DNA from: an uncultured bacterium
Lineage (GTDB): Bacteria > Lernaellota > Lernaellaia > Lernaellales > Lernaellaceae
Length of the DNA: 27,532 nt
Direction of reading: 5' to 3'
Assembly: GCA_964534375.1 (NCBI GenBank)
Contig: CAZHPN010000069.1
Location: forward strand, 1 to 27,532
Made by a program: the position numbers and the translations under genes. Shown here piece after piece: positions 10,401-16,368 of the stretch. The notes under the pieces are model-generated. The model was not told the DNA's origin and did not search any database. It saw only the letters and a program-made list of their open reading frames with translations. Within the stretch, counting starts at the first letter, position 1. Each line of letters starts with the position of its first letter.

Positions 10401-10821
10401 TGTTTTGCCAATTGCGCAAATGCTGGTACGAATACTTGGCGCCCGGGCCGTAGTTGAGCTGGTACTGCGGGCCGCCAGTCGACGAGTACGGCATCATCCC
10501 GTCCGTGTTGTCGATCTGGCCGTTGAAGACCAATTCCCACGGCGCGGCGTAAATGAATATCGGTTCGCCGCCCAGAACGTTGACGTTGCGGCCGGCGAGC
10601 ATCACGTCGTTGCGCAACTTGGAAACGGCGCCGCGACCCGCCTGCTGCGTTTCCACGATGTCTTCCTGGAAGCGCACGGTGCGGTTGTAGGCCGTAAACA
10701 CGCCATAAACCGCGGCGACGAGGATCGCGCTCAGGAAGCTCGCGATCAACAGTTCCACCAGCGAAAAACCGCGACGGTTTTGGCCCAGTGTCAGCAGCGC
10801 ACGACGAAACGGCCGAGGCAT
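4444..10821 (-). CDS. Giant PilW-like type IV minor pilin with FN3-like, Cys-rich, lectin-like and Pro-rich C-terminal extension, 2125 aa
   Basis: Class III signal RRG|FSLVELLIASFLSAILVAAVYGVF with Glu5; PilW-type helix QQAGRGAVSKLRNDVMLAG; pilin domain ends at EPRNL; AGGAG RBS 7 nt before ATG 10821, preferred over 10851. Confidence 0.88.
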   Translation of the reverse strand: MPRPFRRALLTLGQNRRGFSLVELLIASFLSAILVAAVYGVFTAYNRTVRFQEDIVETQQAGRGAVSKLRNDVMLAGRNVNVLGGEPIFIYAAPWELVFNGQIDNTDGMMPYSSTGGPQYQLNYGPGAKYSYQHLRNWQNNAQTVRYYMSNPQPGGDAISQGMNFSYSPYERVLRRQINATTPVLNDQLVAYGVHFDGVENGTEVGYFPSNNPSDSTPQRLVPMFTYWGAWNFDATQPDTLWGNVAGNGALSSQEIGNLLTGSYSYQPNFGGAYTPEAGAVFLVSANSNDEMVSGTWQDYNLNGQIDRNVLDYALHHIELTITTISKNPDPNYNNPRAVGYHFHESEVRTAIEPRNLVKSGPPNPGGVPRDPSNVVATVDCCDANIKLTWFKSPDDGAFNDSNTYDPSSANNVLWYEIDRKLYKGGAAEPGDYQFLAIVPAHGTAGGHVPGTPDYTYATNDAPTYSVVVNGVTTFAYFSQCFRVEAVSSDAKSPGAISTPCPLVITACIGGNTPSALTGFPSACRTSQSNPTMFGSITLEWTGAPNASEVDSYWIYRGLYNTETGPGSSPDTTTGTVPIAQVVPSTAFDLTNVMVTFNGVIRSPTTIWEAEYATVQSPQAAQFSFFKWTNGGATYYIWRDEEGATGKSAGSPPPLTGSQFGICQPGNVTNNACTENMYHYVVKSYHANPEDGEPADCLSQPAHLVTQCGGYVVQTFDATKNNTSVPRPLFSPPLYFTGADTSSNELDPGDSLVTNESVAISLQWNSSLSQFCSSNTFMIPSNYFVYRTWEWPGALTDPSTYNIPDPNSGLFITQGGPQGTLIMFPTDLSLQVNQMTAQTKLSWTWTENDSQLQAYWVDQNLSAGNRDTNNDWQLVAGNWPQPSPNQPTIPPGTPPGSGGSLPPAYNDYSQTPNYVYMVAAALYADGNGNPVYFPNSGTWQGFGASCNQRVFYDCSSVCSGSLDANYSVAPIPSTTDFLEQQSAKGGTAVINGNAQSGANSGEYVYAYASGVIADGSVPFDNGLLSYRVVGGGGGWSTGNLGGLVPGGDGAGNSVFEDTTTVGRVGEEDEYSLWYACPQQELASTSTECGIRLVLLGISTPESYGPTSIIIDRPNTPGACVPNGSAPNATPVSLPNGVAEPPWNAPGCNAAGVSANEFGSDCTTGAFGFYLYDRLPSPQTSYKRSQTQDASLYWVVKRYSQPASNVIDWNTFINSPAYAPQNNPVQYMLTPNTKWAGGASSQNFAPFGGNNVWNLQCVATSAEGHPFSYCWSYQFDPTQPGVVQGAYQQFLNGAFEEVDTHPQDPRRWLFKEYLDGNYAYKYVVQVRTTYGSQLPYTCASGAIGPSATFCRELVDPGNYLVANFSSTNTCYPWWNNTGAAGAGPWDMDYGGAGSLTYWPPTNNAIGDFGNRAGGGNYRWLSYLWTPDNMQNDSSYPGSGAAYCGSKGYPVCPNCGGNPADGVCGVPLQLNSAHPYWSVPNNWLTVIPNNFYQSNWDTSPGTSASYFYPFNHNIVWEDCYSDPANGQAGHPLWLGQGIPGVNDAAPEPYGFLDLDPNMCRLPNQRGDRYTFPSVYKAINITTLGDFFALSPHCVYTLGLTSFYNVFCACSGDDCNNCLCGDNGCHDSSLDVCYYDGPFGGGCSPDCGPCDSSVEPQPLWPGYDGITRFFYEDRFYQNCSADLLALFPRAFLWSNFQDQSGNAYCGANTAQVQQNFLMHWHWRSNIVQRRMGLAVRGRPSPSYDLSTAPDTWFLEQDMRDGATVGYRVGYLAWPDYQVEATSQYNCTQGDCPGGNFNIETNICKYGDTGVTKTGCYDDQWWVNQVLVCTNATTNQMYLYWWSEPDWSGGNGWQYPGVRDFQKPTCSDMNGQCGDMYQANVKPQLGYTTTNRAWNNLQQYVPPLISGVPCAPSHVPNCAGEQCNFYNSDLTPGMADPGLSPTFPTGVGRLGFWSDPYVNPEDMHGSNPDPQQGNDGFYFSNVRVHPYCGECPPPGLSPPNYPDPPTRRRDRDSDERRGPDQPTGAFIGKPWPRGVEIARPKTVADQLKLLHRHSPSALAHVPNEVNDSDKVQPPTRKPYVPTPENKRPRLPVRPTNPTPQDANSPTPAPNNSNSQPPGQPPSPTPAPTP

Positions 10822-10831
10822 GAGTTCGCTC

Positions 10832-13450
10832 CTACCACACATTGTCAGCAATCGGTTCGGTGTCCGGCAGCAATTGCCAGGCGGTGATTTCCCAGGCGGC
10901 GTATCCGAAGGGCACGACGTTGGCGGTCGTGGCCGGCCCCTTTTGACCGCCCAAGCCGAGTTCGCCCGGGTACGGCGGCAGCAGAAATTTCAAGCGCGTA
11001 TCGTATTGATAGGTGATGCTGGAAAAACCCATCTTGTTGCAGGTTCCCGACGTGTCATTCGGCCCTCCCCCCGCGCGGCACGTCGACGACACGTCGTCAT
11101 ACGCCAATCGGCCGGCGATATTCTGCACGACCGCGCCGATGATGGTGATGGTCCCGGACCCGTTGCCGCCCAACTGGTCGAAGGCCTGGGCGTTCGGGTA
11201 CGGCGGAAACGACAAGTCGCCGTACCAATTCATGTTGACGGTGCGGGCCTGGGCGTAGAGGCCCGTGCGAAACTGGGCGATGTTCTGCCACGCGGCGCTG
11301 CCGCCCGGGGCCATGTCGGGCGAGATGCAATTGAACGTGCTGGACCGATTGCCGCTGACGCTGCCCCGGGTGCATTGGAAACCGTAGGAGATCAGGACGG
11401 CGTTCAGGTTTTTGTTGCCTTTGTCGTCGAGAACCGGCGGCGTGTCGAGCAGACCGACCGGCGTGTACGGCAGGTTGTTCAGCGTATTGTCGGGATCCGA
11501 CCAGTCGTCGCGCCATTGATGGCGCCAGAGAGCCGGGTTGGCCCACTGGTACGACCCTGGATAGCTGTTCGGAATAATGATATTTCCGCCCGCGATCAGG
11601 GCCAGCATATCGGGCTGCCGCAGGTCGTTGTACATCGGCACCAGCATGAAGGCCGGATTCGTTTCGTATTGAACTTCATGATCGAGATAAATGTCGCCCG
11701 TCGCTACGATCGTGATCTGGCCGCGCACGATGCCGCTGACCAACACGTCGCCTTCCACAAAAATGATGCCGTTGAACTGTTGGTTCGACCCGTCGCCGTC
11801 GACGTTGGGAGGGGTAAAGCCCCGGGCCGGGGCCGCCAGGAACGTATAGCTCGGCGAGATGTCATACGGGTTGTAAGGACCGTGGCAACCCGCCGTGCCC
11901 GGGCAGACCCCCGGGGTGCTGTTGTTGTTGCGCGTCATGATCGCTCGCGCATCGAAGTACGACTTGCCGAAGTCCAGTTGCTGGTCGTTGAAGTCCTGGC
12001 CGCTCACCATGATCGACGGCAGGTTGTGGGAGGTCGCGCCGACCAGCGCTTTGTTCATCGCGTTGTTCCGATTCGACATGTTGTCGCCGTACATCGCCGC
12101 CTGCCACATATCGTTGTCGAGCGGCGTCGGGTTCGCGGGATCCGGGAACGGCAGGCGATACACCATCATCGCGCCGGGATATTTGTCGAAATTGGGGCAG
12201 TTGATCAGCGGGCTTTGACCGCAATTGACCGAGTGCGTAATGCGCGACGTCACCCGGGTCACGGAATTGTCCCCGTTCGCGCACGGCGTGCCATTGTTGG
12301 CCTCATTCGGCCAAATGTCAGTGCGGAACAGGATCTTCCACACCGTTTTTTGATTCGAATAGTTCTGGCTGCCGACGGCGAAATTGAACCTGGTCGGCTG
12401 ATACAGGTAGAGATCCGCCATTTCGCGGTAGGTGGTCATCTGGCCCGTGGGGGGTTGGAGGATGGTTTCCAGGCGCGGCGGCATGATCGGCTTGACGCTG
12501 TTGCGAAAACGTTGGTTCGGTTGCACCGTCTGCTGGACGCTTTGGCCGCCGTAGGTTTGGTTGGTGGCGTTCGTGAAATTCCGCAAGTCGCGCCAACGGG
12601 CCTCGCCGGAGATCGCCGGAACGCCGCGGACGAACAAGGCGGTGGTCTGCCGGTTGGTGTTGGTGCCGTCGAAATATTGCTCCGTGTAATATGTGCCATT
12701 GGAGCCGTTGGTGTTGTTGGGCTCGTAAACCGTATTGCCGATGTAAAGGTCGCCGTTCACTATGTCTTCGTTTAGAAGCACCGTTTGACAGTTCCGCCAC
12801 GTGGTCGACGGCGCGTTGCAGAATTCGTTCGTGGCCGAGTGGTACGTGCGCTGCCAGGGCGTCTGGTTCATGGCGAAGTAGGCGTAATCCCAAATGGAGT
12901 GCGGCCGCACGTACGCGCGAAACACCCGCTGAACCTTCGTGAAATTGTTTCGCACCAAGGCCGTGATCGCCACCGGCCGCGAAATCCCGCGATCGAAATA
13001 CGCCTGCAAATCCTGGGGATCGAGATAGGCCTCGACGTGCATGTTGGGGTTGACGCCGATGGTGTTGTTCGTGCCCGTCGTGGTGAAATACAGTTCTTGG
13101 CGGGAGGAATGCGACGTGTCGCTGTTGTCGGCCAGAACCTGGACGGTCGGCAACAGCAAGTCGGTCGGGTTGTTCGCGGTGTTGATCGGATCGGGGACGC
13201 CGCGGAAGTTCAACCCCAGACCTTTATTGGTCGTAAACAGGCCGCCTTCCAGATACGACAAGTGGGAGATGACGCGATCGATCGACTGCTGCGCGTAAAA
13301 GAACATCAACTGACTTTCGTTGAGGTTCGTGTTGATGGTTTGTTCCGTGCCGCTGGTCACCATCGCCACGATCCCGAGGCCCGTCACCAGGAACAACATC
13401 AGCACCGCCGCGACAATCGCATAACCTTCATTCCGTTGCAGCACGCGCAT
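10832..13450 (-). CDS. Large PilX/GspK-like minor pilin, 872 aa
   Basis: NEG|YAIVAAVLMLFLVTGLGIVAM: prepilin-like helix lacking Glu5, typical of PilX/GspK; C-terminal GIIFVEGDVLVSG..GDIYL..DMLALIAGGNIII and YQYDTRL..PP motifs seen in extended PilX-like proteins. Confidence 0.82.
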   Translation of the reverse strand: MRVLQRNEGYAIVAAVLMLFLVTGLGIVAMVTSGTEQTINTNLNESQLMFFYAQQSIDRVISHLSYLEGGLFTTNKGLGLNFRGVPDPINTANNPTDLLLPTVQVLADNSDTSHSSRQELYFTTTGTNNTIGVNPNMHVEAYLDPQDLQAYFDRGISRPVAITALVRNNFTKVQRVFRAYVRPHSIWDYAYFAMNQTPWQRTYHSATNEFCNAPSTTWRNCQTVLLNEDIVNGDLYIGNTVYEPNNTNGSNGTYYTEQYFDGTNTNRQTTALFVRGVPAISGEARWRDLRNFTNATNQTYGGQSVQQTVQPNQRFRNSVKPIMPPRLETILQPPTGQMTTYREMADLYLYQPTRFNFAVGSQNYSNQKTVWKILFRTDIWPNEANNGTPCANGDNSVTRVTSRITHSVNCGQSPLINCPNFDKYPGAMMVYRLPFPDPANPTPLDNDMWQAAMYGDNMSNRNNAMNKALVGATSHNLPSIMVSGQDFNDQQLDFGKSYFDARAIMTRNNNSTPGVCPGTAGCHGPYNPYDISPSYTFLAAPARGFTPPNVDGDGSNQQFNGIIFVEGDVLVSGIVRGQITIVATGDIYLDHEVQYETNPAFMLVPMYNDLRQPDMLALIAGGNIIIPNSYPGSYQWANPALWRHQWRDDWSDPDNTLNNLPYTPVGLLDTPPVLDDKGNKNLNAVLISYGFQCTRGSVSGNRSSTFNCISPDMAPGGSAAWQNIAQFRTGLYAQARTVNMNWYGDLSFPPYPNAQAFDQLGGNGSGTITIIGAVVQNIAGRLAYDDVSSTCRAGGGPNDTSGTCNKMGFSSITYQYDTRLKFLLPPYPGELGLGGQKGPATTANVVPFGYAAWEITAWQLLPDTEPIADNVW

Positions 13451-13473
13451 GGGACTCACCCTTCTCCCTCGCC

Positions 13474-14154
13474 CTAATATTTCGCGATAAACATGTGCCG
13501 TTCGATTTCGTGAACGCCCGCGCCGGTGGCGCCTTGGACCGCGTTGCCCGTGCCGCCGACGCCCTGGCCCAGCCCGTCGTACCAGGATACGCGGACGCGA
13601 ACCATTTCGAAATCTTCGCCGCGGTATCCGCCGTTGGTGGTGTCCCATTCCCCGACGCTGGCTCCGGTGTTGAGCGACGCCCCCGAAATCGGTTGCCAGT
13701 TATTGTTTTGCGGATTGTTCGGATCCGTCGGATTCGAGATCGCACCCTCATTCGTATTCGTGGACGTGGAGGACCAAATCACGTTGTTGGCAGAACCCAG
13801 GTAGCCGTTGCGCACGACTTCGCTGACCCGCGTAAACGCGCGGCCGCGGTCGTCGTAGACGGTTTCCGTGCCGAAGTACTTGGCGTTGTTCGCCGTGACG
13901 CCCGGGTACTGCGTCGGATTGGTCAGCACGACATCCTGGTAGACCGGCCACGCGTAGATTTGGTCCAGTCGCTGCTGGGCCAGGAAATTCGCAAAGGCGT
14001 AGTCTTTACCCAATGAATTGGCCTTGATCGAAAAGGCCAGCATCGGCACCAGCGCCAGAATTCCCACCGTCAGGATCATGATGGCAATCAACACCTCGAG
14101 CAGCGAAAAACCCGCCTCGCGCCTTCGGTTCGCGCTCTCCTGGATCGCTTTCAC
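13474..14154 (-). CDS. pilV: PilV-like type IV minor pilin, 226 aa
   Basis: AG|FSLLEVLIAIMILTVGILAL, ANFLAQQRLD, C-terminal VRVRVSW; GTG start with AAGGAG RBS. Confidence 0.82.
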   Translation of the reverse strand: MKAIQESANRRREAGFSLLEVLIAIMILTVGILALVPMLAFSIKANSLGKDYAFANFLAQQRLDQIYAWPVYQDVVLTNPTQYPGVTANNAKYFGTETVYDDRGRAFTRVSEVVRNGYLGSANNVIWSSTSTNTNEGAISNPTDPNNPQNNNWQPISGASLNTGASVGEWDTTNGGYRGEDFEMVRVRVSWYDGLGQGVGGTGNAVQGATGAGVHEIERHMFIAKY

Positions 14155-14226
14155 GCCGTCTCGCTCCTTTGCTCGCTGCCGCCGTCGCCGTTGGCAAACC
14201 GTTGCACGTCCGTCTCGCCCCGGGGC

Positions 14227-14796
14227 TTACCGCCACTGGGACGCGTTTGCATAAAACTGCCAATCGCGAATCCGGCCCGTGGTCGCTTCCCAATCGACCG
14301 CCCGTTGGCGATCCGGCCGCATGCCCGTCGTCGACAGGTCCTCAAAGGGAATGATGTACGCGGCCCCGGACACCGACGCCGTGCCATCGCCGTAGAAGAG
14401 AACACTGGTCTGGCCATTCGGAATATCGATGCCCGCCGGATTGGCGGGCCACGGGTGCCCGGGCACGGCGGGGAGCCCTGGGCAAGAGCCGAATTTGATG
14501 CCGCCCTGGAGATAGTACGTCTGAGTCAGATTCGAGACGACGGTGTACGCGCCATCGGGACCATCGAACGCGACTTGCACCGGCTGGCCGTTGCGGACGG
14601 CTTGCGCCCGCGCCACCCGCAGGTGCCCCGCCATGTCGCGCGCCGAAGCGTTGACGCGGATCAACGCCCGGTAATGAAGTATCGACATCCAGCCGATGCC
14701 CGTCAGAATGGCGATCAGACCAATGACCACCATGAGTTCCACCAGGGTGAATCCCTCTTTTTTCTCTGTCTTCTCCGGGCCGTTCATTGGTTCCAT
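14227..14796 (-). CDS. FimT/FimU/GspH-like minor pilin, 189 aa
   Basis: EG|FTLVELMVVIGLIAIL, LRVARAQAV helix, FYGDG and TGRI motifs; AAGGAG RBS. Confidence 0.88.
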   Translation of the reverse strand: MEPMNGPEKTEKKEGFTLVELMVVIGLIAILTGIGWMSILHYRALIRVNASARDMAGHLRVARAQAVRNGQPVQVAFDGPDGAYTVVSNLTQTYYLQGGIKFGSCPGLPAVPGHPWPANPAGIDIPNGQTSVLFYGDGTASVSGAAYIIPFEDLSTTGMRPDRQRAVDWEATTGRIRDWQFYANASQWR

Positions 14797-14829
14797 GCGC
14801 GTGTCTCCTTTTTCGCCGTGGGTAGTGCG

Positions 14830-14845
14830 TGCAATACCTATGCCT
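14830..14845 (-). promoter_or_regulatory. Sigma54 -24/-12 promoter of the minor-pilin operon
   Basis: Minus strand AGGCATAGGTATTGCA = GG-N10-GC with TTGCA; adjacent to a sigma54 activator gene. Confidence 0.85.
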
Positions 14846-14882
14846 TATTTTTCCACTTTTCCGGAACCGTAATTTACCACAG

Positions 14883-14895
14883 TTTCAACTGGTTG
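14883..14895 (+). promoter_or_regulatory. IHF-like binding site
   Basis: TTTCAACTGGTTG, one mismatch to WATCAANNNNTTR, located between the enhancer-like sites and the sigma54 box. Confidence 0.5.
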
Positions 14896-14929
14896 CAACA
14901 GCGGCCGTCGGGCACCCGACCGAACAACC

Positions 14930-14965
14930 GTGAAAACTTTTCACAGTACTAGGAAAACTTTTCAC
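14930..14965. promoter_or_regulatory. Tandem palindromic upstream activator (bEBP) sites
   Basis: GTGAAAA-C-TTTTCAC perfect palindrome (14930-14944) and AGGAAAACTTTTCAC (14951-14965); the 13-mer GAAAACTTTTCAC repeats at 21-bp spacing. Confidence 0.7.
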
Positions 14966-16368
14966 TATTCCGGCGGTTCGTCTCCGTTGGCGGCAGACTC
15001 GATCTGCAGACCGAATTCCTTGATTTTGTACAGCAGCGCGCGAAAGGAAAGGTCGAGCAGCTTGGCCGCCTTGCTCTTGTTCCCCAATGTCCGCTCGAGC
15101 GCGGCGACGATCAACCGGCGCTCCAAGTCCCGCACATTTCGCTTGATCGACAGATCCTCGATCGCCGGTTCCGACGGCGCCGACGGCCGCCGCACCCGTT
15201 CCGGCAGATCCTCCGGCGCAATGACCGGCCCCGCCGCGACCAGCACGGCGCGTTCCACCGCGTTTTCCAATTCTCGAACGTTGCCCGGCCAGGGATACGC
15301 TTCTAGAATTCGCAACGCCTCGGGGCCGATTTCCAGGCCCGGCAAACCGTGCTGGCGCGTAAACTTGCTGATGAAATGGCGGGTCAACAAGGGCAGGTCG
15401 CCCTTGCGGTCGCGCAGCGGCGGAACGCGCAGGTGAAAAACGTTCAGGCGGTAAAACAGATCTTCGCGGAACAGCCCTTGCGCGACCGACTCCTCGAGAT
15501 TCCGCGCCGTGGCCGCGACGACGCGCAGGTCGACGGCGATTTCCTCGTTCGCGCCGAGCGGCCGCAGCCGCTGATCCTGCAGCACGCGCAACATTTTCAC
15601 TTGCAAACGCAACGGCAATTCGCCGATTTCGTCGAGAAACAGCGTCCCGCCGCTGGACGCGGTGAGCAGGCCCGCTTTGGCGGCGACCGCGTCGGTGAAC
15701 GCGCCTTTCGCGTGGCCGAACAATTCGCTTTCCAGCAGGTTCTCGGGAATCGCGCCGCAATTGATCGCGACGAAGGGCGCGTCGGCGCGCGGACTGTTGC
15801 GGTGGATCGAACGGGCGATCAGTTCCTTGCCGGAGCCGGATTCGCCCGCGATCAGCACGGTCGTTTTGAACGCCGCGATCTTGCGAACCAGCGCCAACAA
15901 CTCGTGCATGCGCGGATCGTCGGTGAGCAGTTCGCGATCCGCCGCCGCCCGCGCGGCCTCGCGCAACGACGCGTTTTCCGCGCGCAGATCCTGAATTTCC
16001 GCGGCCCGCCCGAGCACCTTGAGGATCTCTTCTTTCTTGAACGGTTTGCTGACGTAATCGAAGGCGCCCATGCGCATCGCCGCCACGGCTTCTTCGACCT
16101 GCGCATAGGCGCTCATCATGATGATCGGTTTGCGGAAACCGGCCGCCAGCGCGCGTTGCAGAAACGTCATGCCGTCCATTTCCGGCATCCGCAGGTCGCA
16201 CAGGACGAAGTCGGGGGCCAGACTCTGCAACGCGAGCAGCGCGACCTGGCCGTTTTCGGCGGCGGAGACCTTGAAGCCTTTCTTGGACAGCAGCACGGTC
16301 AGGGAAAATCGCAAGCCTTCTTCGTCATCGACCAAGAGCACGTGCTTGTTATCGTTCGGTTTGGTCAT
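14965..16368 (-). CDS. Sigma54-dependent response regulator (NtrC/PilR/AtoC family), 467 aa
   Basis: Receiver LLVDDE..CDLRMPEMDG; AAA+ GESGSGKE, ESELFGH, GAFTDA, LFLDEIGE, FREDLFYRLNV, WPGNVRELEN; Fis-type HTH GNKSKAAKLL. Confidence 0.96.
   Translation of the reverse strand: MTKPNDNKHVLLVDDEEGLRFSLTVLLSKKGFKVSAAENGQVALLALQSLAPDFVLCDLRMPEMDGMTFLQRALAAGFRKPIIMMSAYAQVEEAVAAMRMGAFDYVSKPFKKEEILKVLGRAAEIQDLRAENASLREAARAAADRELLTDDPRMHELLALVRKIAAFKTTVLIAGESGSGKELIARSIHRNSPRADAPFVAINCGAIPENLLESELFGHAKGAFTDAVAAKAGLLTASSGGTLFLDEIGELPLRLQVKMLRVLQDQRLRPLGANEEIAVDLRVVAATARNLEESVAQGLFREDLFYRLNVFHLRVPPLRDRKGDLPLLTRHFISKFTRQHGLPGLEIGPEALRILEAYPWPGNVRELENAVERAVLVAAGPVIAPEDLPERVRRPSAPSEPAIEDLSIKRNVRDLERRLIVAALERTLGNKSKAAKLLDLSFRALLYKIKEFGLQIESAANGDEPPE

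Noticed and set aside
5950..11910. Heme-binding motifs in the pilins (CGDNGCH, CPGTAGCH)
   Set aside because: Spacing is not CxxCH; disulfides are more parsimonious.
4033..12775. Long plus-strand ORFs (733, 1345 and 651 aa)
   Set aside because: Antisense shadows of the pilin genes, expected from high-GC codon bias; Arg/Val-rich with no recognisable motifs.
15690..15712. GAFTDA instead of GAFTGA as a sign of sigma54 independence
   Set aside because: GAFTDA is a common variant that keeps the key F and T, and a good -24/-12 box is adjacent.
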